The position numbers and the translations under genes were made by a program. The notes below the pieces were generated by a model, which saw nothing but the letters and a program-made list of their open reading frames with translations, was not told where the DNA came from and did not search any database. From assembly GCF_009914755.1 (NCBI RefSeq), contig NC_060942.1: a stretch of DNA of 64,000 bases; one strand, given 5' to 3'. Positions 1 to 26,130 of the stretch are shown here, one piece after another. Positions within the stretch are counted from its first letter, which is position 1. Every line of letters starts with the position of its first letter. The DNA is from the human T2T-CHM13v2.0 reference genome, Homo sapiens.

Positions 1-739
<739 letters not shown>

Positions 740-1199
740 CTTAACTTTTTACTAAACTGTCAAATATTTATACAACTTTTCAGACTCTCACCAGCATTGT
801 ATGTGGTTAATAACTTTTCAATGATCAAATATTTTTGCTCAACATTTTCCTTAACCTTGAAATTATTTGATAATATTGAATATCAGCCCTTCTTTGAAAT
901 GCTTGTTCTTGACTTCATGATAGAACTCTGTTGTCTTCTTTCTATTTTGCCAAGTTATCTCTATATGCCTCTTTTTACATATCACTAATATATTCAGTTT
1001 CAAATATCTTCTATTCTCATAATTTGTCACTACTATTAAAATTTATAGACTATGAGTTAAATGACCTAGATTCCAGAACAGAACCTTCTTCAAGATATCT
1101 TTTTGACATAGATTCATAACATACACTAGTAGGATGAAGATAAATCTGCTTTTAGAGGGAATTTATGTCCAGTGAATGAAGTTAGAAAAAAGAAAAGCA

Positions 1200-2460
<1,261 letters not shown>

Positions 2461-2556
2461 AGTAGAAAATAATTAAATGGAAAAAACAATAAAATAGAGA
2501 CCAATACAGTTAAAGTGTTGCTCTTTGAAAGCAATTATAAATAGACAAATCTCTAG

Positions 2557-3737
<1,181 letters not shown>

Positions 3738-4308
3738 AAGGTAGTTTTTTAAATCTCACTTATAAACTGCAAATTTACCTCAGGAATTCAAGGACGATCT
3801 CATGTTAACATATATATTTTATAACTTGGTAATTTGATCCAACTCACCATCTGAGGACAACAAAAAAGCTGGATTAAAAAAAATAGAAGCAAATATCTAA
3901 TATAAGGAATTATCTGGCCAAAATCTAGATGACGATATTCAAGGAAATTAAGCCAAGCATTTTTTCTGAAGGAATTTACCAATGCAAAGGCAAAATTGAC
4001 AAACTGAGTTGTGATTTTTGCAAGATTATGGGGCAAGAGAAAAAGAAATCTAAATCTAGTGCCCACAGGAGATGAAGAGGTTGATAAACATGCTCCATAT
4101 TTAATATGAGGCCCCATAGGGTAAAAATAAACCAGAGGTAGGTCAGCACTTCCACAAATTGCAGTCTGGTTTTATACTAATCAGGAAATCTGAAACCCAG
4201 AATGTTGAATAAACTGGTCCTAGACTGGCAATTCATAGGCACCAGGCATAAACAAACAAAAATTATCTCCACAATAAGGTATCATCAGCCTAAATGTCAA
4301 AATATCTT

Positions 4309-5641
4309 TTTTTAAAATTTTATTATTATTATACTTTAAGTTTTAGGGTACATGTGCACAATGTGCAGGTTTGTTACATATGTATACATGTGCCATGTTG
4401 GTGTGCTGCACCCATTAACTCGTCATTTAGCATTAGGTATATCTCCTAATGCTATCCCTCCCCCCTCCCCCCACCCCATAACAGTCCCCGTCCCCAGTGT
4501 GTGATGTTCCCCTTCCTGTGTCCATGTGTTCTCATTGTTCAATTCCCACCTATGAGTGAGAACATGTGGTGTTTGGTTTTTTGTCCTTGCGATAGTTTGC
4601 TGAGAATGATGGTTTCCAGTTTCATCCATGTCCCTACAAAGGACATGAACTCATCATTTTTTATGGCTGCATAGTATTCCATGGTGTATATGTGCCACAT
4701 TTTCTTAATCCAGTCTGTCATTGTTGGACATTTAGGTTGGTTCCAAGTCTTTGCTATTGTGAATAGTGCCGCTATAAACACACGTGTGCGTGTGTCTTTA
4801 TAGCAGCATGATTTATAGTCCTTTGGGTATATACCCAGTAATGGGATGGCTGGGTCAAATGGTATTTCTAGTTCTAGATCTCTGAGGAATCGCCACACTG
4901 ACTTCCACAATGGTTGAACTAGTTTACAGTCCCACCAACAGTGTCAAAGTGTTCCTATTGCTCCACATCCTCTCCAGCACCTGTTGTCTCCTGACTTTTT
5001 AATGATCGCCATTCTAACTGGTGCGAGATGGTATCTCATTGTGGTTTTGATTTGCATTTCTCTGATGGTCAGTGATGATGAGCATTTTTTCACGTGTCTT
5101 TTGGCTGCATAAATGTCTTCTTTTGAGAAGTGTCTGTTCATATCTTTCGCCCACTTTTTGATGGGGTTGTTTGCTTTTTTCTTGTAAATTTGTTTGAGTT
5201 CATTGTAGATTCTGGATATTAGCCCTTTGTCAGATGAGTAGGTTGCAAAAATTTTCTCCCATTCTGTAGGTTGCCTGTTCACTCTGATGCTAGTTTCTTT
5301 TGCTGTGCAGAAGCTCTTTAGTTTAATTAGATTCCATTTGTCAGTTTTGGCTTTTGTTGCCATTGCTTTTGGTGTTTTAGACATGAAGTCCTTGCCCATG
5401 CCTATGTCCTGAATGGTATTGCCTAGGTTTTCTTCTAGGGTTTTTATGGTTTTGGGTCTAACATGTAAGTCTTTAATCCATCTTGAATTAATTTTTGTAT
5501 AAGGTGTAAGGAAGGGATCCAGTTTCAGCTTTCTACATATGTCTAGCCAGTTTTCCCAGCACCATTTATTAAATAGGGAATCCTTTCCCCATTGCTTGTT
5601 TTTGTCAGGTTTGTCAAGATCAGATAGTTGTAGATATGTGG
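4309..5641 (-). mobile_element. 5'-truncated L1PA (approx. L1PA3-4): ORF2 3' end plus 3'UTR
   Basis: ORFs 4944-5399 and 4539-4910 are the L1 ORF2 C-terminus split by a frameshift. TSD CTAAATGTCAAAATATCTT at 4290-4308 and 5642-5660. Confidence 0.97.
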
Positions 5642-6307
5642 CTAAATGTCAAAATATCTTATAAATAATTTGCTCAAAAAATGACCAGTATTTAGTCAAA
5701 AATTAGCAGACCATACATGGAAACAAACATTTTGAGTCAGAACTAACAGAAATGTCAAACAAAAGGAAACCTACCAGAGCAACCAGAAAAAGACTGCAAT
5801 AAGAGCATGCTTACACATGTGCATGCTTGAAAAAAATAACCTAATAGAAACTCTAGAATTAATAGGTTTAAGAACCCAGTGTATAGATTTAATAGCATAT
5901 TGCACACAGTTTAAGATAATTACTAATCAGAACACATGCTAGAAGACTACTTAGGGCCGCAACACCCACTGACTCCCTGAGTCAGCTAGGAGGAGAAACC
6001 AAGGCACAGGAAGCCCAACAGGAAGTAAACTCTGCAGCCTTGTTTTCCTGAGGAAGCTGCTGACAAAGTGGCCCAGCCAGCACAGTTATTTTAAGGAGGT
6101 GCCGCCACCTCTTTGGGGCAGCAAAAATATCTCTTCTGGAGCCTTCGAAGGCTAAATGGACTATATTGTCCAGGCTGGACTCGAACTCCTGAGCTCAAGC
6201 AAGACTTCCACCTCAGCCTCCAGAGTAGCTCGTACTACAGGCATGTGCCACTGCAACAGGATAGTTTTATGTATTTAAATAAGTTTACATTGAAAAAGAA
6301 AAAAAAA

Positions 6308-13392
<7,085 letters not shown>

Positions 13393-13928
13393 TTAAAGTC
13401 CTTGTCTGCTATTCTATCATCTCTGTAATTCCTGGATATGATTCTAATGATTTATTTTTCTCCTGTTCATTGGTCACATTATTCTGCTTTTGTAATTTTT
13501 TTTTTTTGCATAACTAGCAATTTTGGTTGGATGTTGGATATTGTGAATAAGATGTTGTTGAGTACCTAAATTTTGTTTTCTTCCTTTAAAGAATGCCGGG
13601 TTTTATTTTGTCAGGCAGATAAGTTACTTGCAGATCAACTCTATCCTTTTGAGGTTTGTTTTAAACCTTGTCAGGGTTTCGCCAACAGGGTTTGGAGTAG
13701 TACTCTGACTACTCCAACTGTGAATTTCTCTCAGGCCTGTGGGAGTAATGGTAATTTTTCTACTTGCAGCACTCCGGAAGTTGTTCTTTCCGCGTTTTTT
13801 GATGTGTATGGTCTCATAGACTCTCATCCTTGGCACACACAAGTTAGAATCCATCCAAAGACCCAAGGAGACTCCTATACAAATTTCTAGAATTTTTTTT
13901 CTGTGTACTCATTCTTTTCCAGTAGTTT

Positions 13929-14464
13929 TGTCAGGCATTTGAACTACAGCAACTCAATCTTGAATAGAAGCTGGGTAAAATGAGGCTGAGACCTACTGGG
14001 CTGCATTCTCAGAAGGTTAAGGCATTCTAAGTCACAGGATGAGATAGGAGGTCAGCACAAGATACAGAACAAAGACCTTGCTGATAAAACAGGTTGCAGT
14101 AAAGAAGCTGGCCAAAATCCACCAAAACCAAGATGGCGATGAGAGTGACCTCTGGTCATCCTCACTGCTACACTCCCACCAGCACCATGACAGTTTACAA
14201 ATGCCATGACAATGTTAGGAAGTTACCCAATATGGTCTAAAAAGGGGAGGCATGAATAATCCACCCCCTGTTTAGCATATCATCAAGAAATAACCAAAAA
14301 ATGGGCAACCAGCAGCCATCAGGGCTGCCCTGCCTATGGAGTAGCCATTCCTTTACTTTCCTAATAAACTTGCTTTCACTTTATGGAGTCACCCTGAATT
14401 CTTCCTTGTGCAAGATTTAAGAACCCTCTTTTGGGGTCTGCATCAGGACTCCTTTCTGTTAACA
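13929..14464 (+). mobile_element. Solo MER41 LTR (MER41A-like)
   Basis: TG...CA ends; GCTGGGTAAAATGAGGCTGAGACCTACTGGGCTGCATT and AATAAACTTGCTTTCACTTT. Confidence 0.85.
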
Positions 14465-14923
14465 ATTTGTCCTGCAAGTTTAACCTGATTTAGCATCCCC
14501 AAACTTCTACCTCCCAACTTAGTGAAGCTAACATGCTCTATTTTTGTTCCTTCTTCCTGTACTAAAGTCCAAAAAGGACTTCCACACAGAGATCTAGCAT
14601 GATTGTAGGGCTCACCTTAATTGTTTTTCTTCCCTCTTGTATCTCAGTTCTGTGATGCCTATTGTCTTATTTGCGAAAACTATTTCTCATTTATCTTGTC
14701 TGGTTTGTTGTGTAGTGGTCTAGTTTTCTAGTTGTTTAGAGTAGCAGGTCTAGTCCAGTACTAGTTACTTGATATGGCCAGAGGAAGAAGCTCTTTGAAA
14801 ATATTTCTGTAGCAAAATGTTAACTAGCAGATTTGTGTCCCTTAGAAAAGACAATTTCAAAGGTTATAGTTTCATTGCCTTGTAAGACATTAACAAGTTT
14901 TGTATCTAACCTAGCAGTCTTAT

Positions 14924-15741
14924 AAAGTTGGCCTTCTGTACCCATGGGTTTGGCATCTGGGGATTCAACCAACAAAGAATTGAAAATATTAAAAATAAGT
15001 AGTACAACAATAAAAATTAATACAAATAAAAAACGCGGTATAATGAGTATTAACACAGAGTTTACATTGTATTTGGTATTATAGCAATCTAGAGATGTTT
15101 TCAAGTATACGGGATGGGTTGGGAGCAGCGGTTCACACCTGTAATCCCAGCACTTTGGGAGGCCAAGGGGTGGGGGTGGATCACTTGAGGTCAGGAGCTC
15201 GAGACCAGCCTGGCCAACATGGTGAAACCCCACATGTACTAAAAATACAACAATTAGCTGGATGTGGTGGTAGGTGCCTGTAATCCCAGCTACTCAGGAG
15301 GCTGAGGCAGGAGAATCGCTTTAACTAGGAAGGCAGAGGTTGCAGTGAGCCGAGATCACGCCACTGCACTCCAGGCTGAGCAACAGAGCGAGACTTCGTC
15401 TCAAAATAAATAAATAAATAAAAATAAAAAATAAAGTATATGGAAATTAGCTGGGCGTGGTGGCGTGCGCTTGTAATCCCAGCTACTCAGGAGACTGAGG
15501 CAGAGAATTGCTTGAATCCGGGAGGCGGAGGTTGCAGTGAACCAAGATCGTGCCACTGCACTCCAGCCTGGGCAACAGAGCAAGACTCTGTCTCAAAAAA
15601 TAAATAAATAAATAAATAAAGTATACAGGATGATGTGCGTACTTACATGCAAGTAGCATGGCATTTCACATAAGGATCCCCAACTTTGGTATCAGTGGGA
15701 ACCATAGAACCAGTTTCCAGTAGATGCTAAGGGACACTATA
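14924..15741. mobile_element. MER2 (Tigger-family) DNA element interrupted by Alus at 15117-15620
   Basis: GGATTCAACCAAC, TTTACATTGTATTTGGTATTATA and TCTAGAGATG motifs; sequence resumes after the Alu TSD. Confidence 0.75.
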
Positions 15742-16724
15742 CTAACATTGTTTTCTAAAAATGTCTGTAAATATTCAGTTCCTTATAATGCTCTTTAAAC
15801 CAGCTTTACCATCTTATTGGCTCCCTCATTAATGAGTTAGGCAAAATCATTGACAGGTGTTCATTCATATCAAAGAATCACATTTTTAACTTTTTGAAAA
15901 CCATATGTCAACAAAACAATGTGATAAGTGCAGTATGAAAAGTATGTTGTGGAATCAGGAACTAATTTGTTCTCTGCCTAAGCTTCGCCTAGGTTAAGTA
16001 TAGTGATTGTTAGAAGAAAACGCCATTGAGTTATCCTAGAAAGTGACATTTGAGCTGTCTTAGCAGGCAATATAGACTTTTCTTATGCAGCAGGGGTGAG
16101 AGTGGTTCTCCAAGCCAAATAAACTACTCATTAGTCATTCACAAGCATTGTAAGCAGTTCGCTTGTGTTAGAGTGGGGTTGCCTGTATCCAGGTGGGAAT
16201 TAGAGGTGAGACTGGACAGGAAGGGTGGAAGCAAGGCATAGTGAAAAGAGCACTGGCTTCAGTCAGGAAACAGGTTTGCATCCTAACTCTATCTAGAACT
16301 ACTTATTAATAATTTGGCTTTTTGGGCCTGTTTGCATAACTGCAAATTGGGGCATTAATAACTTCTCCATGTTGTGTTAGGATTATATTAGATAGCCAAG
16401 TAAATCGCATAGTACGTTGGTGCTGTAGATGTTTAATAAATTACAGTTATGATTATTAATTAGAAAGTGGTCAACAATTTCACATGGTGCCAAGTTGGAA
16501 TAAGATAAAGAATATTAAATAATCTGTAATCGGATTTCCCAATTAGGAAGTTATTGACGACTCTGGAAAGAACTGCTTCAAAGGAGCAGGACCAGAATGT
16601 GTTGAGAAATGGGTGGAAGGTGAGGAAATGAGGAAGAGGATAGCTAGTCCTTTCAGAAAGCTTGCCCTGAATGGGAGAAAGGTGATTCAGTTCAACACTT
16701 ACGAGAACTTTTTTTTTTTTGTAG

Positions 16725-17214
16725 ATTGAGGAAACTTGAATATTTTTGTATCCTGAAGGGAGAAATGGATGAAGAAGAAATGGATGAAGAAGACCGAAGA
16801 TAATGATGAAGGGATAATTTGGAATAGGATTCACAGCAAGAGAGACAGAAGGGAAAGACATTGAAGAAACAGACTAGTTAACACATGAAAAAAATAGAGC
16901 AGAGGAAAACACGTCCATGTTTTTCCACGTCTAATGAGAACAGGTCTGATGTGAAAGGAATTGGAGGAGAAGGGGAAGTTTGGTGATGCACAGTTTGCAT
17001 CCCAGAAGGCTCTTGACAACCAAAGTGTCCACAGCAGATTCGTCCAGTCTAGATAGACCATGCACAGAGAATTTCAAAGAAAAGCAGAATAGATTTCCAA
17101 ACCTTTACCCTAATCCAGGGAGGAGAAGACGGGACGTCAAAATATAGTCTTGGGTATAGAAGCATTGGGTCGCAAAGACCTGAACAACGGCTGAAATCAA
17201 GGACAAATATTATG
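16725..17214 (+). other. KATNAL2: Candidate upstream non-coding KATNAL2 exon
   Basis: T12-GTAG acceptor ends at 16724; a weak donor ATG|GTACAT lies at 17215, 307 bp before the 17522 acceptor. Fits my recollection of the annotated 5'UTR structure, not verified here. Confidence 0.5.
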
Positions 17215-17269
17215 GTACATGGCCCTGGGTCAGCTTGTATTTTAGAAACGAATTAAGAAAACCAAAACA

Positions 17270-17850
17270 ATTGCAAAGCCCGCCCTATGCTCTAACAATC
17301 TTCCCTCTTCGATCTCTTCATTGGCCAGTGTCATGCAAACACTCTGGATTAAACATGCATGGTCTAACATTGATTGGCATGTTAAAGAATCCTTCTGTGG
17401 CCAGCGATTGGCGGGCGTGTCTGGGCTCTAGCCAATCCGGAAAGGGGCGGGCTGGTTAAGCGTCAGGTTCCTTGGATCGACCGGTCAGCCCAGTAACTGA
17501 CTCCTTTTCTCCCTTCTCTAGGGTCCTAGCACAGTGTCTGATGGAGCTTTCCTACCAGACCCTGAAATTCACGCATCAGGCGCGGGAAGCGGTAAGGAAC
17601 GCATATATAAAACATGATTATACCAAGAACCCCTCTCCTACTGTTGCTGCGGGACGATTCCGAGTCTCCGGTTGCTATGGCGACAGAGTCCGCTACTAGA
17701 GAAGCGCAAACGCAGTGAGAGGCGCTCGGCCGAGGTGGTTAAATCCCGGGCTGGGCTTGCAGCCGTGATGGAGGGAAAAATAAATGAGACACAGGCGGGT
17801 TTGGGGGTGACAACGGGTCGGATGAAAGGGACGGCAGGGTCGGTTCCTGA
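17270..17850 (+). promoter_or_regulatory. CpG-containing promoter region at the KATNAL2 ATG exon
   Basis: Four CCAAT/ATTGG boxes (~17320, 17373, 17407, 17432), ETS-like CCGGAA at 17437, GC box at 17444-17452, RFX X-box GTTGCTATGGCGAC at 17671-17684. Confidence 0.75.
17541..17591 (+). CDS. KATNAL2: KATNAL2 (katanin p60-like 2) first coding exon, coding part MELSYQTLKFTHQAREA; exon 17522-17591
   Basis: Pyrimidine tract and AG acceptor end at 17521; ATG at 17541; phase-0 donor GCG|GTAAGG at 17592. The peptide matches the KATNAL2 N-terminus as I recall it. No further KATNAL2 exon is recognisable in the window, so the array lies in the following intron. Confidence 0.9.
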
Positions 17851-18761
17851 TTGAGGAAATGAGGTATTGACGGGGAGGTGTTATTAGACTCTGGATCTTG
17901 ATTGGGTGAATGGATTTGGGGAGTGGTCAAAATTAGATTGTTGAAAGACAGGAAAACATTGACCTGGGAGTTAGTTAGAATATTGGCTTCTGATCCTGAT
18001 TTGCCATCACTAAGGCGAGAGATCTTAGGCATTTAATTCCCCTCTTGGGCTTCAGTTTCTCCATCTGAAAGTCAGGGAATTGGACTGTAATCTTTTTCAC
18101 ATGAAGATTACATGAGCTCTACAATACATTAAGTGGTTTACCGTGGTCTGTATCACCTGCTACTGGCCAGCAATTCTTTCCACAGCGATGAACATGAATT
18201 GAGGACACATTTGTCTGCCAGGCACTGGGGAGATAAAAACAACGTGGGGGCGGGGGGAAGGAAAAATAAAAATAAAGTTAAAAAATACTTCTACCTGGAT
18301 CTCATTCCTAGAGGTTCAGAATTACTGGCTTGGGATGAGTTCTATGCATCAGTATTTTTAGAAAGCTCAAGAGGTGATTACAGTGTGTAGCCAAGGTTAT
18401 GAACCACAGCTCTAGTATCTCCTACCTTTTAAAAACTAATAATACACAAAAAGGTAACCCTCTGGCTTCATACCCATTATGGTTACCAGCCTCTGTTTAT
18501 TTCTCTCCATCTTCTAGAAAAGGTTGGCTACACATGTTGTTGCTAATTCCTCACCTCCGGATTGTACTTAAGCCTATTTTAATCTCAGCATGAACTACCT
18601 GCCTCAGAATCTTTTGGGTTACCCTTTAATAGAGCAGATTCTTGGGCCTCATGAAGACACTGAATCAGAAACCCCCGGGATGATTTCTTGAAACTTGCAC
18701 TTTAAGCACGAACTCTACGTTTGAAAAACACAGCCGTAAACGTTCTCATATATTTTCATGA

Positions 18762-19046
<285 letters not shown>

Positions 19047-19111
19047 TAGGATAACAGGCATGAACCAACATGCCTGGCCGACTTCTTCTTCTTCTTTTTT
19101 TTTTTTTTTGA

Positions 19112-19402
<291 letters not shown>

Positions 19403-19554
19403 TAATACTATCTATATACCAAAAACTCCCCCAACCTACCTCAACTGGACTTCTTTGTTAAGCCCCAGACCAATGATCCAGAAGATAAAATATGGGTAGG
19501 ACAATGGATCAACTGATTACTTGACATATCTACTGGGGTGTTGCAAGTATCTGC

Positions 19555-19556
<2 letters not shown>

Positions 19557-19595
<39 letters not shown>
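19557..19595. repeat. (TG)n microsatellite at an Alu tail
   Basis: Read directly. Confidence 0.95.
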
Positions 19596-19598
<3 letters not shown>

Positions 19599-19857
19599 AG
19601 ACAGGGTTTCACTGTCATTCAGGCTGGAGTGCAGTGGTGCAATCATGGCTCACTGTAGTCTCACCCTGCTCAAGGGATCCTCCTGCCTCAGCCTTTCAAG
19701 TAGCGGGAACTACAGGCATGCAACACCATGCCCGGCTAATTTTTCTGTATATTTAGTAGAGATGGGTTTTGCCATGTTGTCCAGGCTGGTCTTGAACTCC
19801 TAGGCTCAAGTGATCCTCCCACCTCGGCCTCCCACGGTGCTGGAATTATAGGCATGA

Positions 19858-20229
<372 letters not shown>

Positions 20230-20916
20230 TAACTTTTGAATGTCCTCTCTAAAACCTGTACCTTTCCCAGTCTTTCCCCATAGGGGAAGCCACCCCAGTG
20301 AAACCACCATTCATCTGATTGCTCAAATCGTAATTCTGGGGGTTATCCTTAGCTCCTTCTTTCTCCTAGTCCCTCTCCTCTGTCCTCTACAAGAGGAAGA
20401 CATCAGCAAATCTTATTGATTCTACTTCTATATTGTATCTTTAATAATCCATATATTCACATCCACCTCCTGATCTAAACCTCCATGCCCTGTCACTGGA
20501 ACCACATTAATAGCATCTTAGCTATTACCCGTTGGTTTTTGCCTCTCTTCAGTCCAACCTTCATCCAATGATCAGGGTGATTTTCTTAAAATAGTGCCAC
20601 TCTTTTAATGGGATCCTTTTAATGCCTTTCCATTACACTTGGGATAAACCCTCCAAATCTTGACAAGACCTACAAAGCACTGCAATAAAGCCCAACCTCT
20701 GCCTCCATGCTTTTCCTCTCCATTTTCTGTGTTGCCTCTCAGTGCTCCAGCCACATTCTCCCTAATCTAACGTCTGACAACTCCATAGCATTTATGCCAT
20801 AAATTTAGTATTTAATTGGATTAATTATATTGTTATCTGTTGCTTGCATGTAACAGATAATATAAATTTCTTGGAACTTGAAAGCAAGGCAGGAACTCAA
20901 GCCTTATTTTTTGTTT

Positions 20917-20935
20917 TAGTCCCTAGATGGCGCTA
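20917..20935 (+). promoter_or_regulatory. CTCF-like motif TAGTCCCTAGATGGCGCTA
   Basis: Matches the CTCF core (YAGRKGGCGC) with a retained CpG in CpG-poor DNA. Confidence 0.5.
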
Positions 20936-21379
20936 AGAGCAATATTTAGGTATGCTCACTGATGGTTTGATCTCTTGGGGTCTATGTGCAAGGAATTGTG
21001 CTGAGTAGGGGTCTGGAGAAGCTGGAGGAGGGGATGTGATCCAGTGTGTTAGATATAAAGAGGACTGCACGTCCACAAGACATTCTGATTACCTACATCA
21101 TCTACTGTATTGGGATTTTCAGAATATTTTCTTTGTATTTGGTTTATTTTTGTTGTTTCAAATTATTTATTTACAAATATATTTTCAGTTTTTAATTTTT
21201 AACAAAGTAATGGCAGCACATCACTTAAAATTATAATAGTTCAACAAAATTTGAAAAAAACCGAATCTCCTGCTTCACCTCAACTGGCCCTTACTTAATT
21301 ACTGCTCCCCAGAAGCAACTGCTTCGACTTGTAGCAGCTTCTTCAAAATAACATGTTTATACTCTTTTTCTTTTTTTGA

Positions 21380-21484
<105 letters not shown>

Positions 21485-22583
21485 TGAGTAGCTGGGGCTA
21501 CAGGCGCCCACCACCACACCCGGCTAATTTTGTATTTTTAGTAGAGACGGAGTTTCTCCATGTTGGCCGGGCTGGTCTCGAACTCCCAACCTCAGGTGAT
21601 CTGCCTGCCTCGGCCTCCCAAAGTGCTGGGATTACAGGCGTGAGCCACCGTGCCCGGCGATGTTCATACTCCTGAAGCTTGATTTTTCATTCTCAGTTAT
21701 AGTCGACTCACTTTTATGAAGATAAGCACTGAACTCCCTTCTACTTCTCCCTGTCCCTGGCCTCCTCCCACCATCAGTATGTATTTCCCTTCCCTCATTC
21801 TCTCAACACGGAGAGAAATTCTATCATAATTTTCATTAAATCAATTTTCAGTATTAATATTAATCCGATTGTATAAATACTATTTAGAGCTGAGCCATAC
21901 AGTGCACTTTGGTTATATTTTATATTTTATTTAACTTTTGGGACAAGACTCAATCATATATTAACCAATGCATTCTTCTTTGGTTTACTTTTCTGTATAT
22001 TTGATACCACTTCCTTCCTAGACTTTCCAACAGAACTGTAAAATTCTCAATGTGGGGAAGCTAATCAGGTAATTTCTAAGTCTGATTTTTTTTTTTTTTT
22101 TTACTGGGTGGTATCTTTTCTGGATCTCTGAGATTCTCCTGCTGTGTCAACTCATTGCTCTTTGGGCGTACTATACAGCTTTTTTTTTTTCCTAGGAAAT
22201 CCCTTCCTCCCTTCCCTGTGTTAGAAATCCTGCTTCCTGGGCTCCATGTCTTCCCCTTCTTGCCCTATATCCCTCTTGTAGTGAAACATATCAACCAATA
22301 ACTATCTGAGAAAAGATATATGGGAGGTAAAGTTTTGGAAACAAAGTATCTATGAAACTTCTCCTCTCACCTTGATTGGTGATTTGGCTCAGGTTAATAC
22401 TCTAGGTTGGGACTGATTTCATCTCAATGGAGAAGGCATTGCTCCATTACTTTTTTAATTAATTAATTAATTATTTTGAGCAGGGTCTTGCTCTGTCAGC
22501 AGTGGCCCGACCTTGGCTCACTGTAACCTCCACCTCCCGGGTTCAAGCTATTATTCCCAGGCCTCAGCCTCCCAAGTAGTTAG

Positions 22584-23304
<721 letters not shown>

Positions 23305-24827
23305 TGACCTCATGATCCACCTGCCTCGGCCTTCTGAAGTGTTGGGATTACAGGCGTGAGCCACTGCCCCTGGCCCAGGTATGTTTTTTATTGATGGTTG
23401 AATGTTCCTTTTTCACTGTATCCTGTTCTTGCAAGATGTCATGCTTTCTTTCGTCTCTCTGAGGAGGTTTTCCTTTCCTTCCTGCCTGCCTTTCTTTTTC
23501 TTTCTTTTGTTTCCTTCCTCCCTTCTCTTTGTTTCCTTCCCTCCCTCCCTCCCTGCTTCCTTCCTTCTTTTTTTTTTTTTTTTTTTTGAGGCGGAGTCTC
23601 GCTCTGTTGCCGAGGCTGGAGTACAGTGGCACGATCTCGGCTCACTGCAACCTCTGCCTCTCAGGTTCAACCGATTCTCCTGACTCAGCCTTCTGAGTAA
23701 CTGGGACTACAGGCATGTGCCACCATGCCTGGCTAATTTTTTTAAGTTTTAGTAGAGACGGGGTTTCACCGTGTTAGCCAGGATGGTCTCGATCTCCTGA
23801 CCTCGTCATCTGCCCGCCTCAGCTTCCCAAAGTGCTGGGATTACAGGCGTGAGCCACCGCTCCCGGCACCTTCCTCCTTTTCTTTTTCTTTCTTTCTTCT
23901 AACATTTTCTCTGTTTCCCCTTATGTTCCTTTTTGCATTTTTTAATTTGTGGTTTTGTCTTTCATGTGGGATATTTTCCTCAAAAGTCAGTGATACAGGG
24001 TTGTCCATTTATTTTTAAGAATGAGTCATCTAGGCTGGGCATAGTGGCTCACACCACTAATGCCAACACTTTGGGAGGCCAAGGCAGGCGGAGCGCTTGA
24101 GGTCAGAGGTCGAGACCAGCCTGGGCAACGTGATGAAACCCTGTGTCTACTAAAAATAGAAAGTTAGCTGGGCATGGTGGCACCACCCCTGTGTTAGAGG
24201 TGGGAGGGGTGCTTAAGTCCAGGAGTTTGAGACCAGCCTGGGCAACATAGTTAGACCTCATCTCAACAAAAAATAAGCAAAATGAACTGAGCATGGTGAC
24301 AAGTGCTGGTGGTCTCAGCTACCTGGAGGGCTAAAGTGGCAAGATCACTTGGGACCGGCAGGTTGAGGCTGCAGTGAGCCGTGATCACACCACTGTACTC
24401 CAACCTAGGCGACACATGGAGACCCCGTCTCAAAAAAAAAAGATATAAAAAATGAGACACCTAAAATTTAATTAGAATTTTTGTGTTTTAGAGGAGGCTT
24501 GTCTCACAAAGACAGTTTTTCTGTAGGATAATCAGGTACCAGGGCCCTTTTCATTGGGGGATGCCAAATGTCAGTTATGTGTAGGTCTTTTTTCTGAGGC
24601 CTTCCATTTCTATGCTCTCCTTCAGGGAATAAGGGCAAAATAAGTTTGGTTGCCAGCAGTGTTGGAGAGAACAGAGGAAGACTTTGTGGGGGTGAAAGCA
24701 GGGAATGGAAGGTGGGGTTTCACCTCTCTCTTCAGTATATACGCTTCCACTGAATTATCCCTTTCTTCAGGTAGTCCAGGTAGTCCTGGTAGTCCCGTCT
24801 TCTGCCTGGGTAGGGGAGGAATTGTAA

Positions 24828-25222
<395 letters not shown>

Positions 25223-25241
25223 TGATTTCTTGACCTCGTGA

Positions 25242-25935
<694 letters not shown>

Positions 25936-25938
25936 TGA

Positions 25939-26130
<192 letters not shown>

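Noticed and set aside
4423-5399. L1 ORFs of 68-151 aa
   Set aside because: Fragments of a truncated, frameshifted L1 ORF2; not an active element or host gene.
20831-20862. 13-bp imperfect hairpin
   Set aside because: AT-rich, too short for a pre-miRNA, no supporting context.
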